DNA of 64,000 nucleotides from Lama glama (GCA_028534125.1 CM052818.1:38876001-38940000), one strand, 5' to 3'. Counted from the first letter of the stretch, positions 25,926-37,800 are shown. Numbers and translations: made by a program. The notes: generated by a model not told the origin, from the sequence alone.

Positions 25926-26216
25926 GTCTTCTGGCATCACTTCAGAATTCAAGGCGGAAAGAAGCAGGAAGGAAGGAGGGTCGGGTCAGCCCCGTCTGCT
26001 GTTGTTGTTTGCAATCAAGAGAGCTCAAGTCCTCCTAGGAGCCGCCCGCACACGCGCCTTATGTTCATTGGCCAGAATCTATCACGTGACCACCCTATCT
26101 GCACTCCCCAGAGGCTAAGAAAATGAAGTGCTGCCTTGTTAGCCTTGAGAGCTGACTGTGGCAAGGAAGAAAGGATGAGGACGGTTGTTGGGTCATTCAC
26201 CCAACAGTGTACCACA
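25926..26216 (-). mobile_element. Older MaLR LTR fragment (MLT1K/L-like)
   Basis: cttatgttcattggccagaatctatcacgtgaccaccctatctgca...ggcaaggaagaaagga...caacagtgtaccaca. Confidence 0.55.
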
Positions 26217-26259
26217 AGGATGATCGTGACCCTGAGACTTCCATCTGTGTATGTTTACT

Positions 26260-26440
26260 GCCTTTTATAATCTCCCCCGCACCCGAATTATCTGCATAAC
26301 AACCTTGCAAGGTGGGGAGACCAGACATTACTCATTCCCATTTCATAGGTGAGGAAACTGAGGCCCAGGGCTCACATAGGATTTGTCCAGAGTCACAGAA
26401 AGTCCACGGCTGAGCCAGCCCTCAAGCTTGGTTTCTTGGC
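26260..26440 (-). mobile_element. MIR SINE
   Basis: ataacaaccttgcaaggtggg...cattcccatttcataggtgaggaaactgaggcccag. Confidence 0.75.
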
Positions 26441-27269
26441 TCACAGCACATCCAATAAAACATATGAACCAGATAATCTTCAAAGACAGGTCATTGTTTC
26501 TGGTGTACAGCCTTGCAGGGAGACCGGCACGATCGTGGGCGAGCTCCTAACTGCCTTTTAAAGACCAAACAACAGACGCTCTGTTGTAGTCCTGCTCCCT
26601 TCAACAGCGTAGAGTCCAAGCACTTCCTGCCGCTTGATAGGCTAATTGCTTAACTGAATTAGTGCAAATTCCTGATGTCTCTGAGAGTTGAGTTGTCTAC
26701 AAAATAGGCTGACTTGGCCGGCCTGAAAGGCCAAGGCAGGGAAGGCAGCAGCACAGAACTTGTGGACTCTCTGCTTGGACCACGGGAGGCCTTCGCTCAG
26801 GCAGTACTTGTCTGTGCTCTGGGCTGGCAGGGTGAGCACAGTGGGTGCGATTGGCCCAGCTGGTCCAGGCTACACACACATGTTGCCTGGCCAAGTCTGA
26901 GCAAGGAGCTCAGAGGCAGATGGGGTGATGAGAGGGCGTGGTTCCTGTTAGCCTGTGTGAGCACAGCACCCGAGCTTCTTTCAGCCCCGTCCAGCCTCCA
27001 GCCCAGCCTGGCCAGCACAGCTTCTCTGCAGAAGGACAAGAAAGGATGCAGGACAAAAGGGACTGAAAATCCATTGTCTAAATTTCTGCGGGGAACGTGG
27101 TGCCTTGCCCTGGCTCTACCAGGAACAAGGAGTGGCTTGTCTGTTCACAGCATTGTACAAAGATTGGCTGATTTGCACCCTATCAGACCATCCTGACGTT
27201 GACTTTGTATGCGAGTTCAGATGAAGAGAAAACTATTCCTGGAGGTGAATTTGGCTGAGATGTTTTAAC

Positions 27270-27368
27270 CAATTCCTGTGTCCTGGGTACACAGCGGGAC
27301 CACATTTCCTAACCTCTTGTGCAAATAGGTAGGGTCCATGCAACTAAGTTCTGACCAATGGAATAACA
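27270..27368 (+). mobile_element. ERVL LTR fragment (LTR16/LTR33-like)
   Basis: cacatttcctaacctcttgtgcaaataggtagggtccatgcaactaagttctgaccaatggaat. Confidence 0.55.
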
Positions 27369-27469
27369 TGTTTACCACTGACATGGGTGTGGGGGCGTGG
27401 AGTGCTTACTTCAGCTTTATGTGCATTCTGAGTTAATAAGTGACATTGACATTTATCCTGCTTTGTTCG

Positions 27470-27700
27470 GAGGCAGCACGGGGTTGAAGCTTTGGAATGA
27501 GATATAGTTAGGTTCATTTCTTCATTCTGCCACTTACTAGCTGTGTGACCTCAGGCAAGTTACTCAACCTCTCTTAACCTGTTTCCCAGTTTATAAAAAG
27601 AGAATAGCTCCTCACAAAGTAGTTGTAGGTAATATATCCAAAGTGCTTAGCACAGGGTTGGCACACAGGTAGCGTATGATAAGGAACTGCTATTATTGTG
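27470..27700 (+). mobile_element. MIR SINE, near full length
   Basis: gctttggaatgagata...ctgccacttactagctgtgtgacctcaggcaagttactcaacctctct...aagtgcttagcacag...gctattatt. Confidence 0.85.
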
Positions 27701-27779
27701 TTGAATTGAAAATAGTTTAACAGGTTATTTTAGAACTTTTATCTAACTATTTAAAATTGTATGACTTCTTTCATAAAAA

Positions 27780-28598
27780 CAGTAGTCACGGGCCCTTATC
27801 CATTGTTTCACTTTCCACAGTTTCAGTTATCCAGTCAACCGTGGTCCAAAAATATTAAATGGAAAATTCCAAATATAAACAATTATTAAGTTTTAAATTC
27901 TGAGCAGAGTGATGAAATCTCTCGCAGTCCCAGTCTGTCTCACCCGGAATGTGAATCATCCTTTGTCTGGCTTCTTCTGCCCGTTAGTCACTTAGCAACC
28001 CTGCGGGTTATCAGATCAGCTGTCGAGGCATCCTAGAACTGGTGTTCAAGTAACCTTATTTCTCTCAATAACGGCTGCAAAGAGTAGTAGTGCTGGCAAT
28101 GTGTATAGTCCACAGAGAAGCCATAAAGTGCTACCTTTAAGTGAAAAGGGACAAGTTCTCGATAAAGAAAGAAAGAAAAAAAATTATTTGCTGAGGTTGC
28201 TAACACCTATGGTAAGAACGAATCTTCTACCTATGAAATTGTGAGGAAAGAAAAAGAAATTCATGCTACTTTTGCTGTCATGCCTCAAACTACAAAAGTT
28301 ACCGCCACAGTGTGTGATAAGTTCTTAGTTAAGATGGAAAAGGCATTACATTTGTGCAATAAGATATTTTGAAAGAGACCACATTCACATAACTCTCATT
28401 ATAGTATAATGTTATAATTGTTCTATTTTGTTATTCATTATTGTTGTTAATCTTTTACTATGCCTAATTAAACATTAAATTTTACCATAGGTATGTGTAA
28501 TATAGGGAAAACATAGTATATATAGGGTTTGGTACTCTCTGAGGTTTCAGACTGGGGGTCCTGGAACGCGTCCCCACAGATAAAAGGGGAGACTACTG
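27780..28598 (+). mobile_element. Tigger7/MER44-family TcMar DNA transposon, internally deleted, both TIRs present
   Basis: 5' TIR cagtagtc...cccttatc, 3' TIR gataaaagggga-gactactg followed by TA (28599-28600). Interior encodes a frameshifted transposase N-terminus (RSHKVLPLSEKGQVLD / FAEVANTYGKNESSTYEIVRKEKEI). Confidence 0.9.
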
Positions 28599-28937
28599 TA
28601 GCATGAAAAGAAATGGAGATGAAAGAAATGAAAGTGTTCACTCTCATGAAATCCCAGACTAAGTTACCAGGCTGGGAATTCAAAATAAATTGACTTTAGA
28701 AACAGCTTGTCCTGAGTTGTCCAGAGAGGCAGAGCAGGGAGCCTGGCCTCTGGCTGGATTGAGGGCAGCCTGACCCTGGCTGGCTCCACGCTGTGGGTGG
28801 CCAAGGCGGCAGGGGCGGGCTCTTCCAGACAGAGTCCACTCTCTGGACTGAATGTTTCCAGTCTTGACTTCAGAACAGCTCTGGCTGGACACCAGGAGAC
28901 CCCTTTCTAGCCATGTGACCATGATGTCACCAATGTC

Positions 28938-30210
28938 ATTTTAACCATTCTGATAGGCATGTAATGGTATCTCGTTGTGTTTTAATTTGTATTTTCCAAT
29001 GATGATAAACATCTTTTCATGTATTTACTTTTCACCTCTATATCCTGTTTTCTGAAATGAATCTTCATGTCTTTAACCCATTTTATAGTTGGATATTTTG
29101 TGCATTTTTTTGGCTGTTGAATTTTAAGAGCTCCTTATACAGTCTAAATATTAGTCTTTCACCAGAAGAAAAGCGCCCACAGATAAGATGGAATTACTGA
29201 AACTGAAAGCAGCCAACCAGCATATATTACTAGGAAAAATGGTGCTGCCAGAAATAGATTCATGGACATAGAAAGCAAACTGTGTTTAGCAGGCAGGAAA
29301 GGGGGGATTAAAAGATACACATTAATAAATATAAAATAAATGACAAGGACCTACTATATAGCACAGGGAACTATATTCAATTTCTTGTAATGAGTTGTAC
29401 TAAAAACAATCTAAAACATATGTATATACATATGAATATGTTTATAACTGAATCTCTGTTGTACACCTGAAACTAACATTGTAAATTGACTACACTTCAA
29501 TAAAAAATAATTTAAAAAAATAAAATAAAAATAAATAAATAAATATTAGTCTCTTGTTGGACATATAGTTTACAGTTTTTTTCTCCTAGTTTGCAGTTTG
29601 TCTGTTCACCTTCTTAATAGGGTCTTTCTCAGGGCAAGTTTTCCATTTTGATGAGATCACTTTATCAGTTTTCCCTTTTATGGCTCGTGTTGTATTGCCA
29701 AGTCCAAGAACTCTTTGCTACTCCTAGATCACAAAGATCTACCGTTTTTTTTTTTTCTGAAAATCTTATAGTTTTACATATTACATTTAAGCTCATAATC
29801 CATTTTGGGTTAATTTTTGTATAAAGTCTGAGTTTTAAGCTGAGGTTCATTCTTTTGCCAGTAGCTAGCCAATTGCTCCTGCACCATTTGTTGAAAAAGC
29901 CATCCTTCATGGGCCTATATCTGGGTTCTCTATCGATTTTGGTCTACCCTTCACCAATAGCACACTGTCTTGATTACGGTAGTTATTTAGTAAGACTTAA
30001 TATCAAGTAGAGTGATTCCTCCCACTTTATTCCTCTTTTTCAAGATTATCTCCATTTAAATTTTAGAATAAGCTTGTCTAAGTCTGCAAGAAACTTTGCT
30101 GGAAATTTGGTAGAAATTGCATTTAACTCTATAGATCAATTGGGGGAGAAATGACATCCTCACTATATTGGCTTTCTCAGTCCATGAAAACAGTATGTCT
30201 ATTTCTTTAG
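28938..30210 (-). mobile_element. Old L1M ORF2 3' region, interrupted by a younger L1 at 29158-29539
   Basis: Minus-strand translation KDGFFNKWCRSNWLATGKRMNLSLKLRLYTKINPKWIMSLNV matches the L1 ORF2 C-terminal motif (KDSLFNKWCWENW...YTKINSRWIKDLNV); flanks show typical antisense L1 sequence. Confidence 0.9.
29158..29539 (+). mobile_element. Younger cetartiodactyl-type L1 3' end with A-rich tail and 13-bp TSD
   Basis: acaaggacctactatatagcacagggaactatattcaa...tgtacacctgaaactaacattgtaaattgactacacttcaataaaaa; TSD taaatattagtct at 29145-29157 and 29540-29552. Confidence 0.9.
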
Positions 30211-30347
30211 GTTCTGCTGCCTTAAGAAAAGAAAAAGAAAAAGAAAAATAGCTGTCTTAGGGTCTTTTTCCAATTATGTAGATGAAAAACTAATAAAGCA
30301 GTGTCTCACACATTGCAGGTGCACACTAAATATTTGATGAATGAAGT

Positions 30348-30580
30348 CTAGTAACTTTTACTGAACTCTTCATGTATGTCAGAAACTACTCGTTTAAATT
30401 CTCACAACAACCCTATGAGGTGGGTACAATTATTATCTCCATTTTATAGATGAGGAAACTGAGGCTCAGAGAAGCCAACTTGCCTGAGATTATACAGCTC
30501 ATAATCAGCAGAGATGGGATTTGAACCTTCACAATCTGGTCCTACAGCCTGATACTAAACCAATGCACCATACTGCCTTT
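30348..30580 (-). mobile_element. MIR SINE
   Basis: ctcacaacaaccctatgaggtgggtacaattattatctccattttatagatgaggaaactgaggctcagaga...gggatttgaacc. Confidence 0.9.
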
Positions 30581-30629
30581 CAGAAAACTAAGTCAATACG
30601 GAAGAACAATTTTTAAATCACCTGCAGTG

Positions 30630-31720
30630 TGTTTCCCTATGAGGACTAACAACTGTTAACATTTGGACATGCATTGTGGTATATGTTACATACTGTATAC
30701 TGTTTGGTATTATGTGCTGTTATATACTGTATGCTGTTATATAGTGTATTCCATTATATACCATGCACTGCTATACTCTGTGTACTGTTAGATGCCATAT
30801 GCTGTTACATACTGTATAATGTTGTATCCTGCTTATAGTTAAGCACTGTATACTATTATGTGCTATATACTGTTATACACTGCATACAGTTACATGCTGT
30901 ATGCTGTTATACACTATATACAGTTACATGCTATATGCTGTTATGTACTATACACTGGTCTGTACCGCTATATGCTGCATACTGTTATATACTGCATAAC
31001 AATTATATATTGTATACTATTATATACTGCCACTGTTATAAACTGTATACTGTTATATGCTATATACCATTATATGCTTCATACAATGTACTGTGTACCA
31101 TCATTATATGCTGCATTCTGTCATATATTTATATGTTGCAAACTGTTATATACTGCATACTATTATATACTATATGCTGTTCCATGCTGTATACTGTTCC
31201 ATGCTGCATGCTGTTACATACTATCTACTATACTGTATGGTGGTATACATCCTAGGAGATGCCTCTGTAAGCATATTATATGTGTCCATATTATGTGTGC
31301 ACTTTCTTACATACATATGTATATATTAGAATATACTATACATATTATTCTGTACTTTTCCCCCACTTCTTCCAGATTTTTTCTGTGTTATTGAATACAG
31401 AGATGTAATATCCTTCTTAGTAACTATTTAATTGGTCCACTATTATTGACATCGTTTGCTATTTCCCTGTTGCCATTTAAGCTGATCGTAACTGTCATTT
31501 AATAAAGATAATGTCAAATGAATTTCTTCATATTTACATCTTTGTAGGTATATGCCTAGAAGTGAAGCTTCTGTGTAAAAGGGTAAGCATACTTTAAATT
31601 TTGATATCTGTTGCTATACCACCTTCCTCTGAGGATGAGCTGAGAGTGTAGGAAAAGGTCTCTTTCCCAGGACTTCCCAACCCTGGGTGTTGCTGGTCTT
31701 TTCTGCTGTTACTAATCTCA
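30630..31720 (-). mobile_element. L1ME-like fragment hosting a minisatellite
   Basis: taacaactgttaacattt on the left; tgcctagaagtgaagcttctgtgtaaaagggtaagcatactttaaattttgata on the right. Confidence 0.5.
30686..31240 (+). repeat. Degenerate 17-bp minisatellite, consensus about TTATATACTGTATACTG, roughly 32 units
   Basis: Exact 17-bp register from 30686 to 30957 (e.g. ttacatactgtatactg, ttatatactgtatgctg, ttatacactgcatacag, ttacatgctgtatgctg), then continues with indels. Confidence 0.9.
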
Positions 31721-34539
31721 CACCTTTCCCTGAAAGGGAGGATGGGGTGGAGACATGGACATGTCTGGTTGATGTTTAGAACACCTGGTGAGAGAGGACA
31801 CCAAGGTAGGAGAGATGAAGTAGAGTCTTGATTTAGGTCCTCTGGTGCCTTGTCTACCAGTGAACTCCCCCTAGGCCCAGCTGGATCTCGGCACCCCTCT
31901 CTTTTCTAGAATTTCTTATTTAGACCACAGGTATCTGAGTTGATGGCAGGAGCTGGGATTGCCAGTGAGTGGATTCCCTGTCAGAATTAGCCTGTCTCCT
32001 GAGATCCCACAGCTGACCTGGAGCAGCCACAGGTTTGGGAGCTTGGATTTGGCCAGAGCCTGCCGAGTAAGAGGACCAGGCCCAATATTCCAGGTTCCAC
32101 TCTTTTCCCCAGAGTAGACCCTCCCTTCACCATTATGGTGGGAATAGGGAAGCAGGACAAGCCAGAGCATGGGTATCATCTCAGAGCTGGGGGACCATCT
32201 CAGCCATGTACTTTCCCACCAGTCACCCTCCAGCCAGCCAACAGCCTGGGTGTGAGAGCCTTGATGTCACAGAAGAGGGTCCCCATCTTCCACAAGGAGG
32301 AAGAATTCAACCAAGGGAAGGTAGGTGCCAAAAGCTATAGCAAAAGCACAGACCCTAAATGAAGGCCAAGACGAGGATCTAGACAACTGGGATTACCCTG
32401 ATTTACATCGTCAAATTGCTCTGCGGTGAGTTTCCTGTAATTACCTCTATATGGACTCCTACCAAAACCCAGTGCGGAAGGAATTATTATCCCCATTTCA
32501 TAGCTGAGGCAGCCATAATGCAGGGAATTCAACTGAGGGGACTGCAGTAGGCAGGCAGACCATGACTTGCTCAGAGGAGACGCTGGTGGTCTTGGCTTCT
32601 TGGCCCCTCACCTGTGAACAGCCAAGGTCACACCACTGGGCAGAGGCAGATCCAGTGTAAGAACAGGTCTTGTAGGTCCAGAAACCCAGTGCTCACCCTG
32701 CCCCTGCCCCACCCGCAGCACAAACCTGCTCTTGGGCTTTTACTTCCGTGACGCCAACATCGAGGACAACTAAGATTTTAAGACACTCTGGGCGCAACTA
32801 GAAAGTGGACCCTGCAGAGACTGGCTCAAGGGAGCCCTTCTGAGGCTAAGCAGGGCCTGGAGAGGGGTGACCTAGCCGCACAAAGGGTGGAGAGAGCAAG
32901 GAAGATGCTCAGAGAGCCCCCAAATTGCCCTCACTGGGCAGATAACGGCTGTGGCAGCAGAAAGTGTTCCCACGAGAGCCCAGGAAGAGCAGTGCTACCC
33001 AGGTCTTGATCAGGCCTGGGCTGCCCGGCATACAGCTCCTGCTGGTGGAAGTTTCTGGCTGACTTGGAACATTTGGGTGCCGTGAAGTTTAGGAAGAAGG
33101 AAGCAGGGAGGTGCCTGGCAGGCAGAGCTTGGGGCTTGGGACCAGGAGGCTGGACCAGTGACTTTAAAGGCTATGGGCTCTCGTATCTGGCTTGCTGCTG
33201 CTTTCTGAAATGTCCTTGGTAGGTGTGAGAGGTGGAGGGTTAATATCTGGGGAGATGGGTTTTGTTTTCATGGATTTGGGGGGCAAGAGATGTGGCAATC
33301 TCTCTGGGAAATGCAAGGGTGGCAGAAGCTGAGTTGCAGAAACAAAACCTCTCTGGCACTTTCTGCCTGGTGGCAGGAAGCACCAGATCACACTTTCTAC
33401 CGCCCTGCTTAGCCATGCAGCCCTGAGGAGCTCATCATGCATTCTGTCCACCCCACCCTCACATTCTTTCACCAACCTTTGCTGAGTGGGTGCTCTGTAC
33501 TCTGCCCCAGGCTGGCTGCTGGGTGATCGTCCCCAGCTTCCCTCTCTAACTCCCGAAGGACTTCTCTGTGAAAGCCTAGAAGCCAGGCTAAGTGGTCAGC
33601 TCTGCCCAGGGCAGCCTCAGCCTGGACCTCAAGCCCACTAGTAGCTCCTTGCTAAAGGCCCAGGGTCTGGAGAAGGGCTGCTTGTCACAGGCTCTATGTG
33701 CTCAGCTGGGAAAGACAATTCTATACAGGTTGGAGTCTCAATGATGGCCAATGTCTAACAGGGTCTGACCCCCTCTCTGTGGGTGGTCATTGTGATTCCT
33801 GGGATACCAGACCTGCTTCCTGCTAGACATCCACCAGCAGGGCCTAAGTGTAGTGTGCCCAGGAGAACACTTTGAGGATTTGTGGTTTGTTCTTTCTGAG
33901 GGGACTTCAGATTTGGGGGCTTTTGCTACATTGTAGAGACTTTAAAAAAAAATCTTAACTAGTCACCCCACCCCCACCCCCGGCACTCATGAGAAGATTA
34001 ACCCTCTGGAGGCAGGCAGCCCGGTTCCTCCTCCACCCAACTGAAGTTTAACTCATTTCCATTCACAATGAATTAATGTCTGATTACTTATTAATCCCTG
34101 TTAGCTATTTTTTTTTCTTGAATGCCAAATCCTCTCCATTCTGGGGCAGTAGTTTGGGTATTTCTTCATTTATCAGACCCTTGGTTTACCTTGAACTTTC
34201 AGCAACACTCATGGCTTACCTCAGAGACCTTTCCCAATAGAAAGGTGACTCATCCAGACCCTAGGTCCCCTGGGGGATAATTGATCCTGAATTTAGGAAG
34301 TGAGAGTGGCACTTCCCACCAAAAGGCAGGGAGGAGTCAGGTAAAGGGGGTGTTGCAAGGAGAGCCTGGGTGTGTCCAGACTCTGGAGAAAGGCCCTAAA
34401 AGTCCCTTTGCCTGGTTCCCTCACTGCTTGATGGAGAAACTGTAGTTCGAGATGACAGGGGCGGCGCACTTGCCAGAGCTTAAGAGCACAGATTTTTAGA
34501 TTTTGAGAATCTAAAGGTAATAAGCTCTTAACTGATGGA

Positions 34540-35100
34540 GCACTAATGAAAGAAACAGACTATTTTCCCAGGAAAATGAATGTGAGCTTATACACTAGCA
34601 AAGGTACAAAAAAGACATGCACGAAGTTATCCATTGCAGGACAGTTTGTAATAATGAAAGGCTGGAATCGACTCAGATATTCATCAGGAAAGAACTAGCT
34701 GAATGTACAGCTACAAAATGGAGAATTATGCAGCAGTCACAAGGAGTGAGGGCTATCTCCACTGACTGCTGTTGAGTGATCTGTCACTATAGGGTTAAAG
34801 GAAAAATCCAAGTGTAGACCCAAGTTTACATTACGCTTTTTTTTTGTCCAAGAAAGGAGGGATACAAATATGCCTGGAGTGTAATCTCGCCATGCCATTT
34901 CCCGCTAAAAGGAACCGGGGCCACTTGGAGAGATGCCTGATACCAGTCTGAGGAGGGAAATGTACAAGAGCCTACAGCTTTGCTGTCAAAGTCAAAACTT
35001 GAATAAGCTCCCACCAGCTTAGAATAGGACCATTTGAGCATAGTTAAGAAAATAACCACAGCAGATGTAAGCCCAGAAAACGTGCTTAAATCCATGAGCT
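34540..35100 (+). mobile_element. L1MC/ME 3' region
   Basis: gtttgtaataatgaaaggctggaa...aatggagaattatgcagcagt...ctaaaaggaacc...cttggagagatgcctgataccagtctgaggagggaaatgtacaag...ttaaatccatgag. Confidence 0.65.
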
Positions 35101-36911
35101 GCCATGGCTTGTGGTCTGACAAAGGACTGCTGTGGGAATCTTGGCACACCAAGAGCATGGCTGAGGGCAAGGACCCACTCAACATCATGGCCCAGGAATG
35201 AGTCACTCAGATGGATGCTCTGTCATCTCTAATCTTCACGGCATCCGGTAGAAAGAATCCTCAGCTTTTCTAAGAGACATTTCCACTAGACTTCTTGTCA
35301 GATTCTCCAGGACCTTTGGGGGTCCTCTTAGCTTCTAGAAGCAGAGGGGACAGCCTTAAGCGTATTGTTGTACCAGGGCTAAGGACAGAGGGGAACCACA
35401 CATCCCAAACCCTATGTGCTCTGCCCAAGCCCTGAATCTTCCTGTGCTCCTGTCTTCCCATTCCCCCACCACATTCCTTGTCCAGTCCATAATGGGCTCC
35501 CACCTAGGCCCTGGACCACCTCTAGTGTGTGTGCTCCATCCAGCTTCCCTCCACCCTGCAGGAAGATTTGCCTCCTGATCTAGTCCTTACCCTCCTTCAA
35601 ACCTTTCAATGCTTGCACAGCCCTCGCCCTATTCCAACAGTACCTCCTTCAGGAAAGATTTAGGCTAAAATTACAGATGCATCCAAACAATGAATGTGTC
35701 CTCCTTTCAGTCTCACAAATACCAGGCACAACGCCACCTCTGCACTTCTGTTCTCATTGTCCTTCACCTCCTAAGACACCCTCCCCCCTGCACCTGCTCA
35801 AACCTCGCTGCAGTGGGGAGGCAGAGTACCCTGCACTGCCAGCCAGAGCCAGCACTGTGGTTGGGGAACAGGAGGTCATCTGCCAGGCCCAGGGAGGGAG
35901 AGGCCATGCTCAGACCCACTCTGGGCTCTGCAGCTGCTGTCATTCGCAGCTGTGCCTGCTCTCCAGCTAAGGAATGTCCTCAGAACCCCACCCCCCTCCA
36001 CCCCACAAATGGAGTGCGGAGGGGTGGTTGCTCCCATGAGCTAGCCACCACCTCTCCCTCACCATGTCCTGCTCTCTTATACTCTATATACTGTTGGAAC
36101 CTTGCTGCAGGGAGCAGGGGATCTGGAAGCCCATACAGTTCCAGAAGCCCAAGACAACCAGCCCTGCTGTAGAAAACAGCATTCTGTGTGCAGAAATTGA
36201 CAGACACCATTATCATATTTCAGAGCAGTTTATGTGTGAGCTCCTGTCACTGGAGGAGGGAAGTGCCTGTGCCAAGCGTTTGATGAGTTTCCAAAGAAGC
36301 CACCAAATGCACAAAGCTGCCTGACAGCAGCCTGCTTCTGAGCCAGGCACCACGTGAGGCTTCCTTGAGTGTCCAGGTGACCCTAGCACAGTGCCTGGAG
36401 CCCTAGTGGGAGACCAGCACCAGAGCACAGTGAGGTGGGAGGCTGGGTCTGCTTCATTTGCTGGGACACGAAAGGAGCTGGACGGACACTTCTGCTACAT
36501 TTCCTTAGAAATGCTTTTGTCTTTTTCATCTTACTGAAGTAGAAAGAAAATGGGAAGTGACGGAGAAACAAGGGCTCTTTGAGGTCTGTCCCCTGAACAT
36601 CCCCCCACCATCACCCGCTCTGATCTCAAATGGGCTCATTCATCCTGGAGCTGCAGCCCCTCCCCATGCCTGCAAGTGTGATAGCGTGTCACCGCAGGCA
36701 GGATCTGGATGGTAAAGTGATTAATCTGTCCATCCCAGCACAGTGAGTCACCAGGCAACAACTAGCCCCCCAGCCACAGAAGACCAGAGATCAGGAATTA
36801 CCAGCTGTTCTCGCTCAAGTGAATGCCAAATGCCCCTTGGGGATTTTCAGGACTCCTTTCTAGAAATAGAAAATGTACGTTGAGGGGGTTAAAGTCTAGG
36901 GGCCTATCTGC

Positions 36912-37160
36912 TAATATAGTGCAGTGTTAAAGAGCACAAACTCTGTAGTCAGAATGTGTGGGCTCAAAGTCCACCTTTTACATTTACATGCTGTGTGACC
37001 TTGGGCAAGTGACTTCACTTCTCTGTGCTTAGTTTCCTCAGGTGTAATATGAAGCTACTAATAGTACCTATGAGTTATGGTTGTCTCAGAGCACTTAAAA
37101 TGTTAATATACTTTAAGTATCCACAACAATGCCCAGCACATAGTAGGGACTGCTTGTGTT
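36912..37160 (+). mobile_element. MIR SINE, full length
   Basis: gttaaagagcacaaactctgtagtcaga...gctgtgtgaccttgggcaagtgacttcacttctctgtgcttagtttcctca...gcccagcacatagtagg. Confidence 0.9.
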
Positions 37161-37184
37161 GACTGGCTTTGGAGGAATCAATGT

Positions 37185-37400
37185 TAACAGAAGCCAAGAG
37201 CACAGGTTCTGAAGATTACAGGAATTTGGATCCTGGCTCTGTTCCTTTCTAGCTGCGTGACTTGGGGCCAGTTATTAAATGCTTTGTGCCTCAGGTTTCT
37301 CTGTAAAAGGGGGATGATACAAGCTAAAACATGTATCAATGTTTGCAAAATGCTTCGAACAAAGTCCAGCACTATCTTCCTTATAATTATTGTTTCATAT
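37185..37400 (+). mobile_element. MIR SINE, tandem with the previous copy
   Basis: aagagcacaggttctgaa...ctagctgcgtgacttggggccagttattaaa...gtgcctcaggtttctctgtaaaagggggatgata. Confidence 0.8.
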
Positions 37401-37659
37401 TGGTTATTATTATTATCACTGTCACTATCATTTCTCAACTCTGATTATGGTCATTTCTGCAGATTGAAGCAACCATGGGTCCCCGTTTTCCCAGGAGCCA
37501 GGACTTAGGGGCCCAGAAGGTGATGACCTCCTTTAGCCCTGGGCTTAGGGTCAGGCCAACACCCAGCTTGACTAGAGAGTCCACATTTGCCATTAAATCA
37601 GAAGAGGGACCCGCCCACTGCTGGGTCCCCCTGTAGGGGAATTGTTGTTGCCTAGAAAC

Positions 37660-37800
37660 CTACTGTATACACCAGACAAAAGCACAGACTCGGGCTCAAC
37701 AGATATAGTTTCAAACCCTGACTCGCTCAGCAACACTGTGACCCTGGGTGACCTACTTAACTTTCTGAACCTCAATTTCCTCATCTTCAAATGGCAGGAG
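37660..37800 (+). mobile_element. MIR SINE
   Basis: gttcaaaccctgactc...ctgtgaccctgggtgacctacttaactttctgaacctcaatttcctcatct. Confidence 0.75.

Noticed and set aside
29665..29910. ORF with clear protein homology
   Set aside because: Fossil L1 ORF2 fragment, not a host gene.
30858..31394. Tyr/Cys/Leu/Ile-rich ORFs of 178, 131 and 90 aa
   Set aside because: Artefacts of the 17-bp minisatellite, open in several frames at once.
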